64,000 nucleotides of DNA from the NCBI GenBank assembly GCA_964016885.1, contig OZ024743.1:85684001-85748000 (forward strand), written 5' to 3'. Source of the stretch: Eledone cirrhosa. Taxonomy: Eukaryota. Below are positions 1-13,377 of the stretch, one piece after another. Both the position numbers and the translations under genes were made by a program. The notes below the pieces were generated by a model that saw only the letters and a list, made by a program, of their open reading frames with translations, was not told the origin of the DNA and searched no databases. How positions within the stretch are numbered: the first letter of the stretch is position 1; the number at the start of each line of letters is the position of its first letter.

Positions 1-535
1 AATCTCATAGATGCCATATTATATGAGATAATTATGTAAAGTAAAGCCTTTACCATGAAAATATAGTAAATATAGAGTAATGTAAATGCTAAAGGGTTAA
101 TGAATAATTTTGAGGGATTTACTAAAATTATTAACTTATTTCATTATTAAGATATTAGTTTTATATAAGGTTCTATATAAAATTATGTTGTAAGATTTTA
201 ATATAAAATTGGAAACCTTTAAAATGGGTGGTTTTATTTCATAGAACCAGAGCTGGTCTTGGCTGGATTGGTAACTAAAAGGTTAAGTGTTCTTAAAATA
301 TCAAGAGATGACATACATTGACTGGTTGTTCCTATGTCCATTTCATGTTGACGCTTTTACCTGTACACAACATTTCATATTGAGTGGTGGAGTTGGTGGT
401 GGTAGTACTGTTTATTGATTAGATTGTTTCATTGGTTTAAATTCATTTCAAATGACATCCTTTTCAAAGATTTGGTGGCCTCTAGCTTAAAACCTACTTT
501 TGTCCTCTTTCAGAATTCTGTTGGAGTGAGCTGCA

Positions 536-2032
536 ATGATGGAACAGATTTCGAAGCTGAGTGAACCGCCTATCTATTTATGTGACTCTCTCACACTGCC
601 TTGTGACAACGATGACAGCTCTATGTTGCCTCTCAATGGAGTTGTTGCCGTAGTATATAACTTCTACCAAGCATTGATCAACAATGATCTGAATGCTGTA
701 GAAAAGCTTCTTGAATCTACTCCAACTGTGGTAAATCATTGCTTCACTGAGCCATTTGTTCAGTCATGGCACCTTGGTCAGGCCGGCATTCATATTATGG
801 TGAAAAATGGAGTTGTCGAAGGCCTTCATCTTCTAATTCGTTATGGTGCTGATGTGAATCTACCAGATAAAAATGGTGATTCAGCGTTGCATCTGGCTGC
901 CATGTATGCACATCATATGTGCACCAAAGTATTGTTAGACTATGACAGTGCAGTGAAGGATGTCATTAATAAACAAGGCTTAACACCTTTACTGAGGGCT
1001 TTGCTCTGTTACCAGAGTGGACTGAAGCTCCAGTTCTATAAGACTCTCAAGTTTCTTGTTGACTTTGGCTGTGATTGTAATTTGTGCCCAAACATCAATC
1101 TGTCACCACTTTACCTGGCCATTGTCAAAGAAGATCCTGCTTTAATATGTCTATTAGTGAAAGGTGGTGCTGATGTGAATGCTGTGTATAAGAATGGACT
1201 CACCCCTCTCTTGTTAATTGTCTCTAGTAAAACAGTGAACTATGCAAATCTGAAACTACTGTTGGAGGCAGGTGCATCTCCAGACATCTGCAATGTCGAT
1301 GGTTCCACACCACTGCACATTGCAACAGCGAAAGGAGACATCAAAACTGTACTTCATCTGTTGGCAGCAAAAGCTAATTTAAACATTAAGAACAATCTAG
1401 ACGAGACACCATTGTGGATTGCTGTGAACGATAATAACTACGATCTCGTTAATATCCTCATTCAGTTTGGAGCAGATATCAATTACAGAAATAAACAAAA
1501 GAAAGTTCCTCTTGTTTTGTTACCAATTCTATCTCAGTCGTTGAAAATCTTGGAACTTCTTCTAGAGAGTGGCGTTAGGATACGTACTGAAGGTAAAATG
1601 GGACAGACACCGCTCTATTTGGCTGTTGGCTTGAAAAATCTCTATTTGATTCGACTTCTGCTCAGAGCTAATAGCCAATTGAACATTCCCTGTAATAAAT
1701 ACTGTTTATTAAAACCAATGACACCGATTCAATATGCATTTGAATTAGGTGACGAGACTATTATAAAACTGCTCATTCGTGCTGGATGTCCAGTGAAGGA
1801 TATCTGGCTCCGGAAGCAAAATCTTCCTCCTGCATTACAGGCCCAGCCAGACTTGGAGAAGTGGGTGCTTGATTACATTCACTCCCCATGTTCTTTGGCT
1901 CATTCAACACGCCTTGTAATTCGACATATGTTTGGGGAGGACCTGCAGGCGAAGCTGAATTACCTGGCTGCCCAGCGCAAATTGCCATCTCCTCTCATAA
2001 AGTATATCATGTTAGATGATCTGGTTTCATGA
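536..2032 (+). CDS. Ankyrin repeat and SOCS box protein (ASB family), single coding exon
   Basis: 498-aa ORF with repeated ankyrin motifs (GDSALHLAA, GLTPLLRAL, GSTPLHIAT, ETPLWIAV, GQTPLYLAV). C-terminal SOCS box SPCSLAHSTRLVIR...LPSPLIKYIML. Polypyrimidine tract and CAG acceptor at 497-513; in-frame TGA at 527-529 before the ATG. Confidence 0.92.
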   Translation: MMEQISKLSEPPIYLCDSLTLPCDNDDSSMLPLNGVVAVVYNFYQALINNDLNAVEKLLESTPTVVNHCFTEPFVQSWHLGQAGIHIMVKNGVVEGLHLLIRYGADVNLPDKNGDSALHLAAMYAHHMCTKVLLDYDSAVKDVINKQGLTPLLRALLCYQSGLKLQFYKTLKFLVDFGCDCNLCPNINLSPLYLAIVKEDPALICLLVKGGADVNAVYKNGLTPLLLIVSSKTVNYANLKLLLEAGASPDICNVDGSTPLHIATAKGDIKTVLHLLAAKANLNIKNNLDETPLWIAVNDNNYDLVNILIQFGADINYRNKQKKVPLVLLPILSQSLKILELLLESGVRIRTEGKMGQTPLYLAVGLKNLYLIRLLLRANSQLNIPCNKYCLLKPMTPIQYAFELGDETIIKLLIRAGCPVKDIWLRKQNLPPALQAQPDLEKWVLDYIHSPCSLAHSTRLVIRHMFGEDLQAKLNYLAAQRKLPSPLIKYIMLDDLVS

Positions 2033-4979
2033 GAACCACTCCTTCCTCCTCCTACTCAAGTCTGTTACTTCGAGTCTCTATCTCTCTCTTGTCTGTCTGT
2101 CTGTCTGTGAGTGAGTGTTAGCAACACTGCTGCTGGTTATCTCTCTATGAAGACTGAAAATCTTTAAAACCAATATCTTGTAGCTTTTAGATATCTGTAA
2201 TAGATACCAGTGTATGTTTGTGTGGTTGAGGGAGAGAGGGTAGGTGACCAATTGTCGACAGCAGTAGAGTTACTTCATATCTTCTGCAAATATTTATATA
2301 TAACTTTCTCTAACATATATGTATATATGTGCATATATAAATATACATATGTATATATAATATATATATATATGCATATGTATATATAATATAAATATGC
2401 ACATACATATATATATATATATGTATATTCCGGATCTTTCTATTTATTTATTGACATTTCCTATATCTATATCTTTCAATCAATTCTCAACTTTATATGA
2501 CTTTGTGCTTTATGTTGCTCAGCAGAAACTATAATACACACACACATACTTTACATATACACACGCACACAGCAATACATTCAACCATCTATAGGTATAC
2601 ACATTCAAACAAGCACACTCACACATGCGCATGCATATATATATCATCATCATCATTGTTTAACATCCTTAACTCATATATACATACATGCACACACATT
2701 CAGAAATACATATATACACACTATAATGATAACTATGTGTATGTGCAGCCATACTACCTACACTACATAGCATCTCCCTCCCACATACATCAGTACACCT
2801 GAATATACAATGACTATCACAGATTTAGCTACAGATTAATTGTATGTCTTTTGAATGTTCTTAATGACAGACCCGTCCTTATCCCACATGTTGACAAACA
2901 TATATATATATATCATTACACCTGCTTTTCCCAGGTTGGCAGAGATTGTTTTTGAGGTAGAATTTACTTCTGGATACCATGTATGTTTGTTTATGGTGGA
3001 AGCTAACTTCTTAACCACACAGCTATTTCTGCATCTATATGAATATAAAATATGTGTGTGTGTGAAATTTGAAAATGTGAGAGTTCCAAATGCAGAAAAT
3101 AACTAATAACACTCAATCATTATAGATAATTGTTTCTACTTTTGGCACAAATAACACTCAATCATTATAGATAATAGTTGAGAAACATGGATAGATTATT
3201 TATAGAGATGGGAAAAGCATAGTGATCAAATGTTATTAGTTATTTTCTGTATTTGGGACTCACATCTTCAAATTTCAAACACCTGTGCTTCATCGGGTTT
3301 ATATATATATCATCATCATCACTGCTTTACATCTAGTTTCCATGCTTGCATGGGTTAGATGAGTGGTCACACACTGAGCCTAGACAAGTAGCTCTGACTA
3401 CCTTGTTCATATGTTCTGTTTTGGCATAGTTTCTACAACTGAATATCCTTCCTAATGCCAACCAAATGAAGTGTTCATGGTTCCAGGACTGGGAAGACCA
3501 CAAATCAGGGTAGTAGTAAATGCATGTTGAGTTGTAGAGTAGGTTTAGTTAAAATGTGTAGTCATAAGGGAAAGCCAGTCCATTTCAACTCATTGGATTT
3601 GTTCCTTGTCCCCTTTTCCATGCTTGTGTGTATGTGTGCATCATCATCATCATCATCATGTGTGTTTTTCCTGCTAACAAGGGTTGGATGAGTTGTCGCA
3701 GACCAAATCAGTTGTTAATTAGAGCTACTGACCTCCCAAGAGGATCGAGGACCATGTCTTGTTTACATACATTCCTACACTTTACATAATGTACTAAGTG
3801 CATGTTATGGCACCAGTACTATGGAGGTTGTCACCACTGAAAAGTTCTTTCAACCCTTTGTTTGCAAGTTTTCTTTGGATAGATGCCTTACTATCACCTC
3901 CTATATTACAGAGTGTACTGGGTGCGTTTTTTCGTGACTCCAATACAAGAGGTTGTTATGCCCTTATCATAACTAAAGAGTCCTCACAACCCTTTTTTGA
4001 CAAGTTTTTTATAGCTGGATGCCCTTCCTATCACCAAGCATTTTACACAATATACTAGGTGCATGTTTCGTGGCACCAGCACTAGAGTGGTTGTTGTGCT
4101 ATGACAGAAAGATCTTCTTAAGCCTTTTTTAGCATAGTTTCTATGGCTGGAAACCCTTCCTAACACCAACCATTTTACAGAGTGTACTAGGTGTGTTTTA
4201 CCATGGCACCAATATTAGGGAAGTTATTTGTCATTGACTCAATCAAAAAGCTCTCTCTACCCTATGTGGGGTAGGAATTGTTCAAAGTGAGAAGACATGT
4301 TTGGAGGGCAATAGAATGGGAAGAGGTAAGAAGAATTTTATATGTAACAATTGGTGGGAGGGAGAAGGGAGGATACAAATGTGGTGGGATTTGACAGGCT
4401 GATGTGAGAGAGATGTTGGGAGGTCAGCAATGATGAGAACAGTTACTGAAGAACTGACTTATGTGTTAAGATTTAAAAGGAGTGGTAGTGATCCTGGATA
4501 GTGTGGTGGTACAGGGATGGTAAGAATTATTACTGAGGAATGATGAGTTGGGAGTATGTATGGGTCAAGTCACATTCACATTCTTTATATTGGTAAGTGT
4601 TTTCCATTGCCATGTTGCTAATCCTCACAATCCTTGATCATTTCCATTGTGAAGATTCAACTTTCTAAGGTATTTTCAATAGTGATAATGTATATTTAAC
4701 AGTTGGCTGATTATTGTTTGTAGAAGTTCACTAAATCAATAGATTCCAGATAAATTAACAGATCAATAGCAGATGTTTTTGGAAATGTATATTTTATTTA
4801 ATCTTACGATAATGTCTTAGTAAAAGTACACAGCTTGATTTCAATCTCTATCTACTTAACTGATTCTGAGAAGATAAATACAAATGCAATATGTCCGGGT
4901 TAAATACAAATAAGTGGACATAAACACACATATATATGGTTATATACACAATCATTAAAATACATTTATATACACATGG

Positions 4980-5330
4980 ACATCATCATCGTGTAGGTGT
5001 CACGATAAAAAAACACAGTCCACGCTGTAAATGTGGGCGTGTAGGCAACACGGTAAAAACCTCCCAGCCCCACACTGTAAATGTGGTTGGTGTTAGGAAG
5101 GGCATCCAGCTGTAGAAAACCCGCCAGACAGTCCGCGCTGTAATGTGGCCGTGTAGGCAACACGGTAAAAACCTCCCAGTCCCACACTGTAAATGTGGTT
5201 GGTGTTAGGAAGGGCATCCAACTGTAGAAAACCCGCCAGACAGTCCTATGCGAGCAAGACAACCACTCTTGCCTCAAGTGGGAAAACCCCCGTCCAAACC
5301 CATGCAAGCGTGGAACACGGACGCTAAACC

Positions 5331-5360
<30 letters not shown>
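4980..5360 (+). mobile_element. RTE LINE 3' UTR fragment / RTE-tailed SINE ending in (TGA)n
   Basis: Nearly the same as the 3' UTR of the RTE at 48077-48330 (tgttaggaagggcatccaactgtagaaaacc...gcaagcgtggaacacggacg), followed by a (GAT)n tail. Confidence 0.8.
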
Positions 5361-5405
<45 letters not shown>

Positions 5406-5800
5406 CCATCACCATCACCATCACCATCATCATCATCATCATCATCATCATCATTTTACGTCCGCTTTTCCCTGCTTGCAAGAGTGGGATGGGAACTGAT
5501 TCTGGCTTGATTTCTACAGCTGGATGCCCTTCCTAACACCAACCTCATTTACAGTGAGCGCTGGGTGCTTTTTTTTCCGTGGCGCCTACACGTCCACTTT
5601 ACAGTGTGGGCTGGGAGCTTTTTTTTGCAGTGGAATGATACGGACCCAAGTCCCCATCATCTCATTTCTACAGCTGAGTAAACTGGAGCAATGTGAAATA
5701 AAGTGTCTTGCTCAAAGAAACAACACATCACCCGGTCTGAGAATTGAATTCACAACCTTTTGATTGCAAGGCCAATGCTCTAACCACTAAGCCATGTGCC
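5361..5800 (-). mobile_element. tRNA-headed SINE with CORE-like middle and RTE-derived 3' tail
   Basis: Minus strand reads ggcacatggcttagtggttagagc (A-box-like) ... gaattcaattc (B-box-like) ... ctttgagcaagacacttt (CORE-like) ... tgttaggaagggcatccagctgtag ... (TGA)n. Partial copies at 9721-10025 (+), 28215-28345 (-) and 46245-46510 (+). Confidence 0.75.
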
Positions 5801-6190
5801 TGTACTTATATTTATATATATGTAAAGTGGGTGTGTAGGTGTCAAGACAAAAAGCACTCAGCCCACACTGTAAAGTGGTCATGTAGGTGTCATGAAGAAA
5901 AGCATCCAGCACTCACTGTAAATGTGGCCGGTGTTAGGAAGGGCATCTAGCTGTAGAAACCAAGCCAGGAGCAAGGCATGGTCACCAGGCCTGGCATTTC
6001 TCACAACAGGACAACTCGTCTAACCCATGCTAGTGTGAAAAAATGGATGTTAAATGGTGATGATGATGACAATATATATATATATATACACCTGCATACA
6101 CACACCTATGACTATATACTTACAGCCATATACATATTAATATACATGCAAATGCAGATGGACACACACACACATACACATGATGATGAT

Positions 6191-6248
<58 letters not shown>

Positions 6249-6747
6249 TCACATAAACATCCACAAGTCCGACCCTTGTAAGTAGGGAAAACAGACATTA
6301 AATGATGGTTGATGATGTGTAGATACACTCACATATGTACACATACATACACACAAACCAAAATGTTCACACTCACTAACAGACAACATAGAAAAAATAT
6401 AGTAATACCTTGATTAAATTTTAGTTTTTGTCCCACCCCTCATATTTGTGGCTCTGTTGATAAGATGTTTGACATATTGCTAAAAAAGTGAGGGCGTAAT
6501 TTGAATTCAGACACTGGCTCTGTTCTACATCCCTAGTCAATACTCCTGGACTTTGGATGGTTCACTGTTCATTTAGTTGTAAATAAGTGCAATGGTGATG
6601 TGCAGTTTTATGGACAGCTGGATGGCCTTGTGGTTTCTAATGGGCTTTAGACTTTTTCAAATGTTTTTGTGTAGGCCATGGGCAAAACAAAACAGAAAAT
6701 TAAAATTAGGCCATTTCAATTATACATGAGTTTATATATATATATAA

Positions 6748-6900
6748 AATTAGTTACAACAGTGACATATACAGGTACTTAAGTTTCGTTGGGTTATACA
6801 CCCTAACCTGTATATGTCACTGTTGTAACTAATTATACTTAATTCATCCTATAGACTGAGTGCTCTTATCCTTGGATATTTCTACCAAACTTATACTACA
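6748..6900 (+). mobile_element. Short PLE/retrozyme terminal fragment with inverted arms and half a hammerhead
   Basis: 28-bp perfect inverted arms at 6748-6775 and 6807-6834. On the minus strand the spacer reads stem II-GAAAC-TTAA-GTA. Abuts (TA)n. Confidence 0.6.
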
Positions 6901-7316
6901 GTACCTACACACGTGCGCATACTCACACTCACACACATGATTTTATTATGATTTAACAAGAACAAACATTGAAAATGGAGAAAAATGATTCTTCTTGTGT
7001 AATTTGAATTTTTATCTTTGTTGCTCTACTGATTCTTGTCATGTTATTTATTCACTTCAATTATTTAACATGTGCTGTTGTTCATGTCTCTGGACATTCC
7101 ATTATATATTTAGGGTATTTTTGTTATCTTCTGAAATCCATCACAGCCTTTGTTTCATTTGGTTTGACATACACATACACACACTCTTACAGAGACACAT
7201 ACACAAACACTCTCTCTCTTTCATATACACACACTCTTACAGAAACACGTATACACAGACACTCTCTCTCTCTTTTTCACACACTCAAACACAGTTTTTT
7301 TTTACATGTAAATATT

Positions 7317-7355
<39 letters not shown>

Positions 7356-8035
7356 CAATCCTAGCTGATGACTTTGTGTCAGTATTATGGTCGGACGCCA
7401 TGCTTTGATGCATAGTTATGGCCCTTGCTATTCTGAGTTCAAATCCCGCCGAGGTTAACTTTGTCTTTCATCCTTACGGGGTCGATAAAATAAAGTACCA
7501 GTAATGCGCTGGGTAATTGCTGGCCTTGTGCCAAAAAGTAGAAATAATTATATATATATATACATACATATGTATGTATGTGTGAATACACATATACACA
7601 CATTCATTTCTAAAAATCTTAATTGTGCACTTTTTCTTTCCTTCAGTTGTGATAAACATTTTTGAGTTTGATTTATTATTTGGACTAGCAGAAAAACCAC
7701 CCTTCCGGTGGTTTTTCTGCTAGTGTTGTGTGTATATTGTTATTATATGCATGTAGATATGATCAAATAAAATTGTAATTGACAATATACACAGAAATTG
7801 AATGAAGACTGTGTTACACTGTCAATCCATGATACATTAAAAAAAGACGATATTATATATAAACTGCATTAGGAGAAAATTAGTGACAGAAATATATGAA
7901 TATTTATTTAAACGATTGCTAACCGGAAAAAGTGTTGACATTTAGAATATTTTAAAGAAGTGAATCTTTAAATAAGTAATAAAATATATTTAATAAACAG
8001 CCATGAAATTTAGTAGATAAATTATGTAATATTCA

Positions 8036-8222
8036 TGGTGGATTGGCAGTATCAGTAGAGGGTCGGACGCCATGCTTTCCAGCATAGTTACGTCCCTTTA
8101 CGATCCGAGTTCAAATCCCGCCGAGGTTGACTTTGCCTTTTATCCTTACGGGGTCGATAAAATAAAGTACCAGTAATGCACTGGGTAATTGCTGGCCTTG
8201 TGCCTAAAGTAGAAACAATTAT
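8036..8222 (+). mobile_element. tRNA-related SINE with MetaSINE-like core
   Basis: B-box gagttcaaatcccgcc followed by gactttgccttt.atccttacggggtcgataaaataaagtaccag and a ttgtgcc.aaagtagaaacaatt(att)n tail. Other copies at 7375-7548 and 37640-37870. Confidence 0.75.
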
Positions 8223-10362
8223 TTATTCAAAGTAATCCAACTTAATTTACTAAGGAGATAAAAAATTATAAACCGTACGTAGCTCCGCGCATCTTACTTT
8301 ATTATAGTTTAGATGAGAGAGAGAGAGAGAGTGGTGGAATTAATTCACTGATTTGAGAATAAAACCAAAAAAGCTGAGTTAAATAAATGAAGGAAAAAGT
8401 AGTTCATAAAAACAACCCCCTTCACACATTTCCCTTTTCTCTGGATTGGGTTTCAGTTATTATTTAAATACAAGGGCTGTGTTAATGGTCCCTCCACCCT
8501 GGGGTATAATTTAATTCCCTAAATTATTTAGTTGTATCACTTTACATGGTTGACCTTTTGTGTCAGAACCCTTGTCCTGCCTCATTAACTACCAATTTCT
8601 TTCTGCTCCCAATGAAAGACACTGCCTATCATTTTGAAAATAATTAAGAATTTGGCAAGATTTAATATAACTTTCTTATTTTTAAGCTGCTATTTGGAAT
8701 ATATAACAAATTTTTACACCAACTTATTATGGAAGTTTTTAAGATAAATATGAACACTTTAAAGCAAACAATTTTGTATCACAGAAACAGAAGTGCTTTA
8801 AGATGGTTTGGAATCAAGAAGGTTAAGTTTGAAATCATTAACCTCTTTTGATACCAACCCAGCTAAAACTGGCTCGGGTTCTATGAAACAAAACCACTCT
8901 TTTTAAAAAGCTCCTATTTAAATTAAAATCTTCCAATATAAATTTATATTAAAACCATATGTTAAATTACTATTTTATTAATGAAATAATTAATAATTTT
9001 AGTAAATCCCTTAAAATTCTTCATTAACCCTTTAAATAGAACCTTACCAAAAACCACCCCTACTAAAGTGTTCAAATTGAAATTACATAATTATATACCA
9101 GATACTATTAAATTTCTGTAGTTAAATATCTTGTGGTCCAGAGCAAGACTGTTGGATAACATCTATAAATTTGGTTGGTCTCATTTGGGAATCCAGCCGG
9201 ATCATTTAGAGACAGTTGTTTCTGATAGGACCTTATGGAAGGTGTGTTTGATTACTCTACTCCCAATGACCTTTTCAGGAATAAGTGGGCAAGAAAGAAT
9301 TAGTAGTTAAGGTATTTGTCATTTGTTAAGTTGAAAGTTAGTTATTTCACTAAACCTCTCATAATTGCTGATTATATTGGTAATTAAAACACAAAGGCAG
9401 TATATTCTTTTTAGAAATATGGTATGGAAAGGAATCAATGATCACCATCATCATTTAACATCAGTTTTCTGGTAGCAAGGGTTGGGCAGAGCGACTGACC
9501 TCTCAGATAACTGAAGGTTTCTGTCCCACAATCTATTGTGGCACCATCACTAGGGAGGTTGTAATGCCTTTCACACAGCTAAAGTTCTGCTGAAGGGCAT
9601 GAAAGAATTAATACTGTAAATATTTTTAGTATTATTCTGGCAGCAGTCAGCATGATGTAGCTAATGGTAATGTCAATAAAGTGATGACCTGATTTATATT
9701 GTTTCCATATATATGTGTTTACTCGGCTGTAGAAATGAGATGATAGGACTGGAGTCCCTATCATTCCACTGCAAAGTGGTCGTGGAGGTGCCATGGTAAA
9801 AAAGCCCCTAGCCCACACTGTAAAGTGGACGTGTAGGCGCCACGGAAAAAAAGCACCCAGCACTCACTGTAAATGAGGTTGCTGTTAGGAAGGGCATCCA
9901 GCTGTAGAAATCAAGCCAGAATCAGTTCCCGTATGAGCAAGACAAGGTCAGCCGACCGGACACTGCCCACAACAGGACAACCCTAGCATGGAAGAACGGA
10001 CGTAAAACGGTGATGATGATGATGTGTGTGTGTATATCTATCTGTATGTCTGCATGCATATGTGTGTGTATGTGTTTACAAACTCACCTCTTCCTCCATC
10101 CTCCTGTAGTAGTGTTAGTGTTTACCAGTGTGTCAATCCCACCACAACCATGCACTCACTGTTGTTTAGTGGCCATAAATGTTAGCTATGTACCATTTGG
10201 TATGGCTGTGGTGTCGTGTGGTACATGGTATGGCTGCTGTGGTGCCATGTGGTACAGGGTACAATGGCTGTTGTGTCATGTGATACATGGTATGACTGAT
10301 GTCATGTGGTACATGATATAGTTGTTATGTGGCATGGCAAGAATGTTGTGTGTGTGTATGTG

Positions 10363-10396
<34 letters not shown>

Positions 10397-11041
10397 TACA
10401 CCCGTCTAACCCATGCTAGCGTGGAAGATAGACGTTAAATGATATATATGTAAATGTGTTTGTGTGTATATATATATATATATGTGTGTGTGTGTATGTT
10501 TGTCTATACATATATATATCATCATCATCTTTACAAACGTAAAAACGATGATGGTGATATATATATAGAGAGAGAGAGAGACGCACACACATAAATAGAC
10601 ACACTCGCTTATTATATATATGTGTGTATGTATTTCTATGTAAGCTATTCTCTCAGAAAAGAACTGGCTGTCTTGGGAATAAATGTTAGTACATGCCTGT
10701 GAAATGTGTAGTAAAGAGAATGTTAAGGAGTTGGGGTTCGGGGGTGACAGATTAAAAAAATATTTTCTTTTTCTTTTTTTTTTTGTCTGTTGAATTGTTT
10801 ATTTTATTTTTTAATCAATCAAACATTATTTTTTGCTTTCTGACATCTGTAATGTGTGTTAGTTTTGTAATTTTTGTTATCATGGGACTATCACCCGAAA
10901 TCAAATTATATATATATATATATATCATCATCATCATCGTTTAAACGTCTATCTTCCACACTAGCATGGGTTAGACGAGAATTGTCCCACTTGAGGCAAG
11001 ATTGGTGGGTGACTGTCTCGTTCGTATATATGTGTGGCATA

Positions 11042-11093
<52 letters not shown>

Positions 11094-11459
11094 ACATATT
11101 TAGATCAAGTGATGCCTGTGCTTGAAGTTTTTTTAAGTAAAAAAAGGCCTTGCACTGGACCAATCCCACTCTGAAAGACAGGACAACATCACTGGTTGTC
11201 GTTGTGTCACAGTTTACATCAGAATTTTCCTCCTAGAACTAATAAGAATTAGGGAACTCTCATTCCTGGTGGGCTAAATGCATGCTCGGGGGACATATGT
11301 GTACATTTATATATACATACACCCATACATATATGTATATGTGTACAGGCATGGCTACGTGATTAAAAAACTTGCTTTTAACACGTGTCATTTACTATAA
11401 TACCAGTCAGGTCTTGAGTGAATTTGCTAGACAGGAACTGTAAAGAAGCCCATTATCAT

Positions 11460-12320
11460 CATCATTGTCATCATCACTATCATCATTCCTATATCAGTTT
11501 TTCCATGTTTGCATTTGCATGGTTTGGATCAGTTTTCTCCAGCACAGTACCCCTTCACTCTCACCACTTCTACCTAGGTTTTTCTTGGTCTTCCTCTATT
11601 GCTGTTTCCTTCCACTGGGATCTCTTGGTATTTCTTTATCCAATGATTATCATCCATTTGCATCACATGTCTATACCAGTGCAATCTTCTTGTACACAAC
11701 ATCCAGTTCTTTTCATGCATATTATCATTACATATCCAACTGACCATGCTTGGTTTGTTTCTTTTCAGCCTTTGCATGCAAGCATTATACACTCACTCTA
11801 GCTTTCACTTGGGGAGAAAATCCAACAGAGGTAGTAGTTTCCAGAAATATTTTGATCCTGTTCTTATTTTGGCTACTATGCTTTCGAAGGAACCTCATTC
11901 ATTGCAAATTCGGTCAGATAGGTAACAGAAGAGATCCACTTTTTCTATGGAACCTTCCTGGGACAAAAGTGTTTTACTGGCGCTCTTACTACCAATTATC
12001 GCTATGCATCTGCTACATACAAAATCTGCTTTTTCTGTTATCTTGCCTGTGATTCTACTACACCTCTTGTGTACCCATATTTTACATTGAGTACACTCTA
12101 TAGAGTTCTAACCTACTCCTTTTTTGCATATTGAGCACAACCATTTCCCAATGGTATCAAGGTTTTGTTATCTTTCCTTCTTTCTAAATTTTTGTTCTTT
12201 GCTTGGTTTACTCTGAGCCTTTTTGATTCTAAGTTCTGTTTCCACAAGAATTTATTCTTAAGGTGTTCCACTGACTCAGTTATAAGAACTAGGTCATCAG
12301 CATACAGACATTCCTATGGA
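11460..12320 (-). pseudogene. Old, decayed RTE LINE 3' portion
   Basis: Fragments MYNACM..., RRLHWYRHVMQMDD...GRPRKT, LYADDLVLI, homologous to the RTE at 48469-51699. Confidence 0.7.
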
Positions 12321-13049
12321 TGACTAGTCTTAAACCCCACATCATCCACCAACAAGTTTTCTCCAACCATCACAGCTCTGGGCTAATCATTTCAACGTTC
12401 CCCAAGAATACCCCCAACCTTTTTTTATTGTGCTTCCAGATCAAGGTGCCAGGTATTCTTTTCCTTTTCCCCTGTGGAATCAGATCAGGGCTTGCTTTGT
12501 TGTGGTACTAGATGTAGTCTTTCGAAGGGTGTGACATCTCCATCTCTTTTGGCTAATTTTATCGGCGACAATCTGTTGATGAGTTTTCTGGTTATAATTT
12601 TCATGGTTACTAATCGTTTCTGGCCAGCAAATCCTAAGAATTTTCCAGCAGAAGGTATTGACAAATATTTGTATTGTCTTCATGATAAAAGTGGTTCTCC
12701 AGGTCTCTGAAATGGTGCAATTCTAGTTGAAGTTAGTTACCACTGTTCAATCTTGTAACATTACTATAGAAACACATTGCAAATATTACTACATCACTTC
12801 CTCTCTCTGGCTGTGTGTGTGTCTTTCTTTTTTGTTTTGATCTCAGGCCATTTGGCCAACAATGCTATTTCAGTTCTGCTCCATTGTTTTCTATTAACAC
12901 ACACACGCGCTCATATATACACACACCTATATATATACATATACATATTCACACACACACATACAAATATATACACACACACACACACATGCATATATAT
13001 AATATATACAACCACACAAATATTCACACACCCATGTATACACATCTAT

Positions 13050-13126
<77 letters not shown>

Positions 13127-13377
13127 TCCAACAATTTGTGAAAGAGATACATTGTGATTTATTTATATAATTTATCTATCTATTGATCTCCTTTAAATCT
13201 TCTATTATCACTACTGTGTATTGCTTCTACTAATGTACTATTGTTGTTATTATTACTATCAATATTGTCCATTGCTTGTACTACATCTAATGTTTCTTAG
13301 ACATTTCCAGCTGAAATAAAACCAATAAAAACATCTAAGTAGTTGATATTTATTTATTATTGTTGTTTTTATTAAGA

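Noticed and set aside
3064-3276. ~45-bp imperfect inverted repeat
   Set aside because: Probably an old MITE; no target duplication or family assignment can be supported.
4966-5536. Poly-M/I/H/D ORFs
   Set aside because: Produced by the (GAT)n(CAT)n tails of retroelements.
5730-5800. tRNA gene
   Set aside because: Degenerate tRNA-derived SINE head with no full cloverleaf.
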